Shown: positions 57,135-64,000 of the stretch, piece after piece
How the letters are laid out: the number at the start of each line of letters is the position of its first letter
How positions within the stretch are numbered: position 1 is the stretch's first letter
Source: Thecamonas trahens ATCC 50062
Taxonomy: Eukaryota; Protista; Apusomonadida
NCBI RefSeq assembly: GCF_000142905.1
Contig: NW_013657638.1
Coordinates: 1-64,000, forward strand
Length of the DNA stretch: 64,000 bases
Direction: 5' to 3'
Program-made: the position numbers and the translations under genes
The notes under the pieces: model-generated
The model's database searches: none
Seen by the model: the letters and a program-made list of their open reading frames with translations, nothing else
What the model was told of the DNA's origin: nothing

Positions 57135-60100
57135 ATGAGCGGGTGGCGAAGAGTTGTACCACGGATGGTCTTCTATACTACCGTCAGTGTCCTCAACCTC
57201 ACCTTTGCCGACCTCTTTCTACGCAACTGGTTCTCCACCGCTCCGCATGCCCGCCTTGCCCGGAGCCGAGGACGCGACACGGCATCGTCATTCTCATCAT
57301 CATCATCGTCACTGCTGACAAGACGGCGGAATGGCCGGAGTCAGGGTGGAGAGTCGGGCGGTCGTGGGCGACGGTCTCGCTCGGGAATGTCTTCAAGTGC
57401 TCGTCGTCGTCGCCGTAGCGAGCCGGATGACATGCCGTGGCTTGCACCGGCTCCTGTCCTTCCGGACTGGGTCTATCACGCCCGGGGGCAGGAGCCGCCC
57501 GGTGACGACGTCGGCACGCGTGAGGCACTCGACGTTGAAGATGAGACCGACGGCGATGACGGCGATGGCGCTGGAGATGGCGCCGGGGGAAGAAGCTCGG
57601 GACGTGCTGCCCATCCTGGCGCTGCGCCCACCTTTGGTCCCGAGGACGTGGCGCTAATTGACGAGCTCCTACTCTCGGACCTTGTTGACGACCGCATCGC
57701 TGCCATGCGAGTTCTTGTCTACTACTGCATCCAGCCGAGCTCGTACATGCGCGCCATTGAGGCGCTGCACACGTACCTGCCCAAGCTGCCCAAGATCACC
57801 GAAATGCTCGGCAGTGACCTTGCGGTCCTCGACGTTGTCATGCACGCACTTGTCCACAACGCCCCGCTCCACGCCTACGTCATAGTTCTTGTCTGCACCC
57901 TCATCCAGACGGTTCCGAATTGCGCCGAGTGTCTCGTCCAGCTGCGGCTCGTCGAGGATGTGCTGGTGCCAGAGATGGATGACTTTGACCCGACCAACCA
58001 GGTCCACCAGCTGGTACTGGTTGTCTTTGCCGCAGTCGCCGGCTTGAACGAAACCGCACGGCGACTTGGCGACGACATGGAAGTGGTCATGGCTGCTCTC
58101 TACACTGCGCTTTCGGCATCCCATGACCAGGGCAGGTTGCCGGCAACTGCGCTGCAGTGCCTCGCCAAGCTCAGTGCGTCGGCTGATGGCGCGCAGCTCG
58201 TGGCCGGCTTTCTTCCGTCCATGCTCAACCGACTCCGTCCAGTATTTACGTCGACCGTGTCAGAAATGATTGACCAGCTGCTCAAAGTCGTTGTTTCTGC
58301 TGCGCGCATCGACCGCGCCGCCGTTGCTGCCAATCTTGGGCGGCAGGTCTTCGACTTGCTCCTCCCACTGCTGGATGTGTCTGCCAATCCCCAGGGTCTC
58401 CGCGGCCAAGCCTTTGTGCGGTGGACCCTGGCGCTGCTCATCGAGCTCTCGCCCCTCCCAGACGAGGTCTTTGATCCGGAGGCCACCGACGTTGCTCATG
58501 AAGTACTCGGCGCCATCGCGAGCGTGCTGAATGAGCGGCGAGTGACGGCCGGTCTTCCGCGGCGTCCACTCCGCCTCACTCCGCGCAGTTCGTCCGGTCG
58601 CGCGGGGCCCTCGAGTGACGCCCCGCCTCCACTCGAAGAGTCAGGCAGCGTCAATGCCACCGACGCGGCCGCTACTTTTGCCGACCGTCTTGGCCACTGC
58701 TCGCTGCTGCTGGAGGCGCTGGCCCGGGTGCTGGATCCAGACGAGCCGTTCTCGACGCCAGAGGCCCGTGAGGCTGCGCTCGAGTTTGTGGCCTCTGGCA
58801 CAGCCTCGGGCCGGCTCTTTGCCCAGGCTGCGCTCGAGTCATCACTCCTCCCGGCTGTCATTGCACTTCTCCGCCGCGGCGAGGCTGCGGAGCGGAGTCC
58901 ACGGGCGGCGCCGCACGCTGTCCTCGCGCTACTTCCTGGCTTGCTTGCTCCGCTTGCGGGCGCTCCGGGCGCCCGCGCAGTTGCCGCCGTCGAGTCGGCA
59001 GGCGTGGTCCCGGCCGTCATCGATCTGCTTCGCGCCACCCACCGGACGGTGGCAAGTCCTCAAGACCTGCTTCCGCTGAACAAGTCACGCTCCGGCCTCA
59101 TTCTCAGCCATGGCTACCTGGTGCTTGACGTGCTCTCGAGGTGGAAGTGCCTCGCCGACGCTATGACCGCCGCAGACCTCCCTGCGCTGCTCCTTGCGGT
59201 CGGCAACCTCAACGTGCCAGCGGGCCTCAAGCTACTGGGGCGGCTCTGCCTCGGCAACGACAACGAGTCGCACCCCTTGCTTGCCGCACATGTCATCGGG
59301 CCGACAGCCCGGTCGCTTGCTGCTAACCTCACCGAACCGTCCAGCAGCGACGACGCCGTCGCCAGCGCCAACTCGCTTGCCGTCGCACAGCTCCTCGCGC
59401 TCGCATTCTTTCCTCGTCTCCGCCGCATCATCTGCACCTCGGCCGAGACCGGTGACATGCGGCGGGCGCTTGTTCGGGCCTCCTGGGCTTTTGGCCACTC
59501 GTCGCTGTTGGCAGTCAACGTCCAAACCCTGCTCTGCACAGTCTGCCTCGGCATGGCGGAAGCTATCCGTGACGGGCACGACGTTGCTGACGACCCGCTC
59601 CTTGCCGAGCGCGCAGCGTCTGGACTTTCTCACGACACCACTGCCGGCCTTCTGACCTGGCTGATCGGCGTCGGCGCACCGAGTGTCAGAGTCGCTCATG
59701 CAGACCAAGTCCATGGCGCGGTCGCCGCCGTCACTCGTGCGCTGAGGTTTGGAAACATTGGCGGGAGCATCCGGCTCGCGCTCATGGCCGTCGTCGAGCC
59801 TGCTGTGGTTGTGGCGCTCGCAGCCCGCGCCGAGAGCCCGCGGCGGAGCCGCCCCGACACCGTCGTACCACTGACTGCATCGATGTGTGTCTTCGCCGAC
59901 GGGCTGACCGCGGTTAATCCCGGAATGATGACGCTGCAGACATGCCGCGGAAGCCGGGCTGTGACTTCGGGCCGGTGGTACTACGAGGTGGAGCTACTGA
60001 CCGGCGACGAGTCTGCAGAAGCCAGTGTGCACATCGGCTGGATCTCGACGTCAGCCACGCTTGGTATCGACGAGGGTATCGGTCAGGACGTCAACGAGCT

Positions 60101-60869
60101 CTCGTTTGGGTTCGGCACCTGGGGCGCGCGCATGCTCGGCGGTGCGCGGCCGGGAGCGTACGGGCGACAGGCTCGCGTCGGCGATATCGTCGGCGTCGTC
60201 CTTGATCTCGACGAGCGCTGGGCCGGCTTCTCGCTCAACGGCGAGTACCTCGGAGAGGCGTTTGAGCGTCTGCCGCTGCTGCGCCGGCCGTACGCACCGG
60301 CCGTCTCGCTGCGGATGGGTGAGGGCGTCCGGTTCAACTTTGGCGATTCGGCTGCTGGTTTTGCCTACCCTCCGCCCATCCCTGCGGCAGCGCTTGGCAG
60401 CCGGCTCCAGCCTGGTCTCCAACCGCGGACCGACGCGATCCGAGCCGTCGACACCATGCCGCAGGCTTCCGAGCTCGCTGATGCCTACTACCTCGAAGCC
60501 ACGCTGGTGAGCGATGTTGCAGACGGGACCGAGCGGAGCGCTGGCGATGCCCATGCGGGCCTCTCCTGGACGACCGAGGACGTACGGGTGACGTGGACCT
60601 GGGACGACTCGCTGGTGGTCGAGGCCGGCAGCGTGACTTCGCAGGCCCGGTTTGGCTACCGGCGGTCGACGCCGGTCATCGCCAGCCCAGGAAGCACGGT
60701 CGGCCTCGGCGTCAACGTCGCGACCGGCCTGGTCTTTGGCGTTGTCGACGGGGTCGTGGTGGCGAGCGCTAGTGTCCACCTTGGACCGCCCGGCACACCG
60801 CCTGTCCCACGCGTCGTCGTCCGATCGCCACACGCGCGCCTCCGCTGGCAAGTCTGTGGCTTCAAGTAA
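57135..60869 (+). CDS. Helical (ARM-like) repeat plus SPRY domain protein; start uncertain (57135 or 57387)
   Basis: SPRY: GRWYYEVELLT, VHIGW, GIGQD, GDIVGVVLDLD...FSLNGEYLGEAF, YAPAVSL..GEGVRFNFG; Leu/Ala-rich helical N-terminal region. Confidence 0.85.
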   Translation: MSGWRRVVPRMVFYTTVSVLNLTFADLFLRNWFSTAPHARLARSRGRDTASSFSSSSSSLLTRRRNGRSQGGESGGRGRRSRSGMSSSARRRRRSEPDDMPWLAPAPVLPDWVYHARGQEPPGDDVGTREALDVEDETDGDDGDGAGDGAGGRSSGRAAHPGAAPTFGPEDVALIDELLLSDLVDDRIAAMRVLVYYCIQPSSYMRAIEALHTYLPKLPKITEMLGSDLAVLDVVMHALVHNAPLHAYVIVLVCTLIQTVPNCAECLVQLRLVEDVLVPEMDDFDPTNQVHQLVLVVFAAVAGLNETARRLGDDMEVVMAALYTALSASHDQGRLPATALQCLAKLSASADGAQLVAGFLPSMLNRLRPVFTSTVSEMIDQLLKVVVSAARIDRAAVAANLGRQVFDLLLPLLDVSANPQGLRGQAFVRWTLALLIELSPLPDEVFDPEATDVAHEVLGAIASVLNERRVTAGLPRRPLRLTPRSSSGRAGPSSDAPPPLEESGSVNATDAAATFADRLGHCSLLLEALARVLDPDEPFSTPEAREAALEFVASGTASGRLFAQAALESSLLPAVIALLRRGEAAERSPRAAPHAVLALLPGLLAPLAGAPGARAVAAVESAGVVPAVIDLLRATHRTVASPQDLLPLNKSRSGLILSHGYLVLDVLSRWKCLADAMTAADLPALLLAVGNLNVPAGLKLLGRLCLGNDNESHPLLAAHVIGPTARSLAANLTEPSSSDDAVASANSLAVAQLLALAFFPRLRRIICTSAETGDMRRALVRASWAFGHSSLLAVNVQTLLCTVCLGMAEAIRDGHDVADDPLLAERAASGLSHDTTAGLLTWLIGVGAPSVRVAHADQVHGAVAAVTRALRFGNIGGSIRLALMAVVEPAVVVALAARAESPRRSRPDTVVPLTASMCVFADGLTAVNPGMMTLQTCRGSRAVTSGRWYYEVELLTGDESAEASVHIGWISTSATLGIDEGIGQDVNELSFGFGTWGARMLGGARPGAYGRQARVGDIVGVVLDLDERWAGFSLNGEYLGEAFERLPLLRRPYAPAVSLRMGEGVRFNFGDSAAGFAYPPPIPAAALGSRLQPGLQPRTDAIRAVDTMPQASELADAYYLEATLVSDVADGTERSAGDAHAGLSWTTEDVRVTWTWDDSLVVEAGSVTSQARFGYRRSTPVIASPGSTVGLGVNVATGLVFGVVDGVVVASASVHLGPPGTPPVPRVVVRSPHARLRWQVCGFK

Positions 60870-61983
60870 GGTCTACAACCGGCGAGCAAGTCTGGCTCGG
60901 CGGCGTGTCGGGCGTGGGTAGCGTGGCAGACGCCGACGACCGGGCCTCGCCGGACGACGGTGTCCAAAGGTCGTCCAGCCGCCGTTGCGACGGCGGGACA
61001 AGAGTTCCGACCTGAAGCGCAAGCGGAAGGAACGATGGAAGGAGCGACGACCTCGAGGCCGACCAGGCCGAGACCACCGCCTGGGTGGCGCGCGCCGAGC
61101 GCGCAGCCCGCGCAGCTGTCTTGCCAGGCGAGCTCGAGTCGGTCGAGCGCAGGGGCGGACGAGGCTGCGATGATGATGGCGATGACAAAGCCGACGACTC
61201 CGCATGGGCGCGAGGACGCTGGGCGGCGCGAGTGGGCGCTCCGCGTTGCGCAAAGTACTCGGTGACCACGTTGACTCTCTGCTTGCCGGCCGACGAGTAA
61301 ACGACGGCCGGATCCGGCGGGGCGTGGCAGTCTGCGGCCGACTTGAAGCGGAGAAAGTTGACGGCCCGTGAGACGGGGCGGGTTCGGAGACCCTCCACTG
61401 GCGCGCAGAGCGAGGCGGCGGTCTCTGGTGGAACAGCCGGGTTGAGCCACGACTGGCGATCGTGTTCCGAGGTGAGCAGGGCGGGCATGCGATCGTGGAG
61501 CCAGGAGATGTCTTCTGCTGCGGCGACGGTGACAACGGCGACGGCGTAGGAAAGCGCCCCGTCCGGACCGGGTATGGCCTCGTAGAGCGCAGCCATGTAC
61601 ATGACGCCGTGATCGGAGAGCGAGATGTAGTGCGGGTTCTTGGTCGCATCCCACTCGTAAAAGCCCTCGACGGCGACGACGCATCGGCCCGAGACCAGCG
61701 GGCTGGCAAAGAGCGGGCGGGCAAGCATGGTCTCAGCGCGCACGTTGATGACCGGCGAGCTCCACTCGGGCCGCTCAAAGCCCCACCGCATGGTGGTGAG
61801 CACCGAGTCGATGACCTCGCCGGAGCCCTCGCCGCGCATGGCCTGCACCACAGGCAGCGGTGTGCCGGGCGCCACGTTCGCCGACGGCCGCAACCGCTCT
61901 GCTGCCGCCTGACTCCGCCACCGCCTCCCGGTCGCCCGCTCAAGCGCGTCTGCTGTCTTGGTCATCGACGTCCGTCCGCACAT
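60862..61983 (-). CDS. HMCES: HMCES/SRAP abasic-site processing protein
   Basis: N-terminal MCGR (catalytic Cys2 fixes the start at 61983), MRWG, INVRAET, RCVVAVEGFYEW, LHDRMPALL, VSRAVN. Confidence 0.95.
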   Translation of the reverse strand: MCGRTSMTKTADALERATGRRWRSQAAAERLRPSANVAPGTPLPVVQAMRGEGSGEVIDSVLTTMRWGFERPEWSSPVINVRAETMLARPLFASPLVSGRCVVAVEGFYEWDATKNPHYISLSDHGVMYMAALYEAIPGPDGALSYAVAVVTVAAAEDISWLHDRMPALLTSEHDRQSWLNPAVPPETAASLCAPVEGLRTRPVSRAVNFLRFKSAADCHAPPDPAVVYSSAGKQRVNVVTEYFAQRGAPTRAAQRPRAHAESSALSSPSSSQPRPPLRSTDSSSPGKTAARAARSARATQAVVSAWSASRSSLLPSFLPLALQVGTLVPPSQRRLDDLWTPSSGEARSSASATLPTPDTPPSQTCSPVVDLT

Positions 61984-62163
61984 GTTTCGTGTGTGGATGG
62001 GTGGGATGGGTGTGGGGTGGCGGTGTGAGTCGGGTGACGACGCCCCCGCCGAGTCGCTGTCTGGCACCGAGTGGAAGGACTCGGCGCAAAAAAAAGGTCG
62101 TAGTTTCGGTCGCGCGTTTGCTTGGCAGGCGAGGGAGACGCAGGTGGCTGTCGGGCTGACGGG

Positions 62164-64000
62164 CTACAGGTAGAGCGAGGCGGCAAAGACAATGTCGCGC
62201 TTGATGGCGGCAGAGGCCTGGCCAAACTTGGTCTCGAGGTCGGCGTCACCGATGGACTTGGCGGCGTCGCCGAGCTGGCGAAGGAGCTCATCGAGGCGGC
62301 GCATGGCACGGATGATGGAGCCCTCAAAGACGTCGGTGAGCTTCATGACCTCGGCGAACGACTTACCGTCGGCCCAGGCCATGACCGCCGGGAGGACGTG
62401 GGGCGGGAATGACTCGACGTACTCTTCGAGGTCGACTTCAAGCTTGCAGTCAATCTTGACCTGGCCGATGCGGCGGGTGATGATCTTCATCTTGTTGAGA
62501 ACCTTGGTCACGTTCGGCTGGATCTTGACCTGCTCCTTGGACTTGCCCTGGAAGACAAAGCACGAGAGAATGCCGGCGACCTCGGCGGGGGTGAGGGTGG
62601 AGAACAGGCCGTCGAACATCATTTCGGTGAGGACAAGCTCGTCACCGGCGTTGATCTCCACCGCCACCCGGCCCTTGAGCTCGATGACGTTGTCGGTCGA
62701 GAGGTGGCCCAGCCGGCGGAGGACCCGCTGCATCTTCTTCATGTCCTCCTTGAGCGCAAGGTGGGACGACTCGCGGATGCCGGCCCGCACCAGCTCGGCC
62801 TGCTCCTCGAGCCGCTTGCGCTGCTCAAAGATCTGGAACGAGTCCGGGAGACCCGGGTCGGACGCAAGCGCAAGCTGGACGAGCTTGGACGGCGGCAGCG
62901 GCGTCGCCGCCGTGCTCTCGTCGCCGCCGCCCGAGGCGCTCGCACCGGCGAGGAGCGGGTGTGAGTGGAGGCGGAGCGCAAGCGACTCGAGCTTCTTAAG
63001 CTTCTTGACAAAGTCCTTCGACTTGATGTTGAGGTTCTCAATCGGGTCCAGCAGCGGAATGGCACCGTCGAAGCGACGGAGTGCCTCGCCGACCTTGCCA
63101 AAGGTGGCGGCAATGTCCGAATCGGACGAGAGCGAGTCTGGGAGACGGACCCGGAGCGAGGAGACGCCGTCGAGGAGCGAGACAAGGACCGGGACGATGC
63201 GCGGGTGCGGCTTGGAGCCCGGCGCCGGCGGCGTCGGGGCGAGCGCAAAGGCCGGGGCGGTGCCATCGCCGGCGTCGCAGCCGAGAATCATGTCGACCAC
63301 ATGCGAGGTGACGGCGCCGGCAGCAAGGCTGCCCTTGTCGTCGGTGACCTTGGATGAGGCCTTGCGGGTGTAGTGCGAGACGATGATGCCCCAGCCAAAG
63401 TCGGTCTCGCTGTCGACGCGGACGCGGGCGAGGCGGCCAGGCTTGAGGAACGGCACAATGTACTTGGGCTCGTTGATGATGTCGCGGAGTCCTGCGCGGA
63501 GCTTGGTAATCTGCTTGCGCAGGTTGTAGTACGACTCGTGGTTGGCCTCGTCGGGAACAACAAGGGCAGCCTTGGCCGCCGTCAGTGCCTCAAGCTGGGC
63601 CTCGAGCTGCGGCAGCGACTTTTCGTTCTGGAACTGGTGGAACGAGGCGAGAAGCATAAACTCGGGATCGGCAAACTCCAGACGGAGCATGTTGAGCAGC
63701 ATGTTGTACGAGACGTGGAAAGCTGAGTTGAGCTCATCGGGCGCGCCCTTGATCATCTCCTTGGTCGTGTCGGTCTCGAGCTTCTCGTCGAGCATGAGAA
63801 TGACGATACCACGGTCGTCGAGCCCGCGACGCCCGGCGCGGCCGGACATCTGAATGTACTCGCCGGAGCGGACGTACCGCATAGAGACGCCGTCGAACTT
63901 GCGGGCAGCGGTGAAGACCACCGTCTTGGCCGGCATGTTGAGGCCGATGGAAAAGGTCTCTGTGGCAAAGAGCGCCTTGAGCAGGCCCTCCTGGAACAGG
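62164..64000 (-). CDS. MTR4: MTR4 exosome RNA helicase, 3' part (5' end lies outside the window)
   Basis: LFATETFSIGLNMPAKTVVFT, GEYIQMSGRAGRRGLDDRG, arch/KOW region, FEGSIIRAMRRLDELL, IKRDIVFAASLYL*. Confidence 0.96.
   Translation of the reverse strand, partial: LFQEGLLKALFATETFSIGLNMPAKTVVFTAARKFDGVSMRYVRSGEYIQMSGRAGRRGLDDRGIVILMLDEKLETDTTKEMIKGAPDELNSAFHVSYNMLLNMLRLEFADPEFMLLASFHQFQNEKSLPQLEAQLEALTAAKAALVVPDEANHESYYNLRKQITKLRAGLRDIINEPKYIVPFLKPGRLARVRVDSETDFGWGIIVSHYTRKASSKVTDDKGSLAAGAVTSHVVDMILGCDAGDGTAPAFALAPTPPAPGSKPHPRIVPVLVSLLDGVSSLRVRLPDSLSSDSDIAATFGKVGEALRRFDGAIPLLDPIENLNIKSKDFVKKLKKLESLALRLHSHPLLAGASASGGGDESTAATPLPPSKLVQLALASDPGLPDSFQIFEQRKRLEEQAELVRAGIRESSHLALKEDMKKMQRVLRRLGHLSTDNVIELKGRVAVEINAGDELVLTEMMFDGLFSTLTPAEVAGILSCFVFQGKSKEQVKIQPNVTKVLNKMKIITRRIGQVKIDCKLEVDLEEYVESFPPHVLPAVMAWADGKSFAEVMKLTDVFEGSIIRAMRRLDELLRQLGDAAKSIGDADLETKFGQASAAIKRDIVFAASLYL

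Noticed and set aside
49110-64000. ATXN2, UPF1 and MTR4 as an RNA-decay gene cluster
   Set aside because: Interspersed with unrelated genes; plausible by chance in a gene-dense genome. No synteny evidence is available.
1-64000. Prokaryotic origin, rRNA/tRNA genes, transposases
   Set aside because: Spliceosomal introns and eukaryote-specific genes throughout; no RNA gene or transposase/RT motifs recognised by eye (small ncRNAs cannot be excluded).

Overview
This is GC-rich, gene-dense, intron-poor EUKARYOTIC nuclear DNA from a draft assembly with five N-gaps. The style and gene content suggest a flagellated protist such as an apusomonad (Thecamonas-like); that assignment is an inference. About 29 protein-coding genes can be modelled: HROB, a PH-DH-ArfGAP-PH-PH protein, CK2 beta, mitochondrial uS5, CEBPZ/Mak21, an F-box/ankyrin protein, a stand-alone Trl1/Rnl1-type RNA ligase, alkaline phosphatase, an HxGH nucleotidyltransferase, COMMD9, a RapGAP, a 3xDCX protein, a 9xFN3 tail-anchored protein, patatin, an ML-domain protein, anoctamin, a CAP-TM-SH3 receptor, TXNDC17, a CDGSH protein with a leucine zipper, ADA2, NELF-B, PLD-type cardiolipin synthase, JTB, an ATP-grasp-like/C2 protein, ataxin-2, UPF1, an ARM-SPRY protein, HMCES, two unknown membrane proteins and the 3' part of MTR4. 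The ORF track hides much of this. About ten short GT-AG introns and about a dozen single-base frameshifts (mostly in homopolymer runs, most likely sequencing errors) split genes. Repairing them by eye reveals the most interesting items: the stand-alone 'sealing-only' RNA ligase, a CAP-domain receptor with a hidden cytoplasmic SH3, an FNDC3-like protein, full-length NELF-B and a degenerate ATP-grasp/C2 protein. No rRNA, tRNA, CRISPR array or recognisable transposon was found. All family calls are motif recognition by eye, not database searches.
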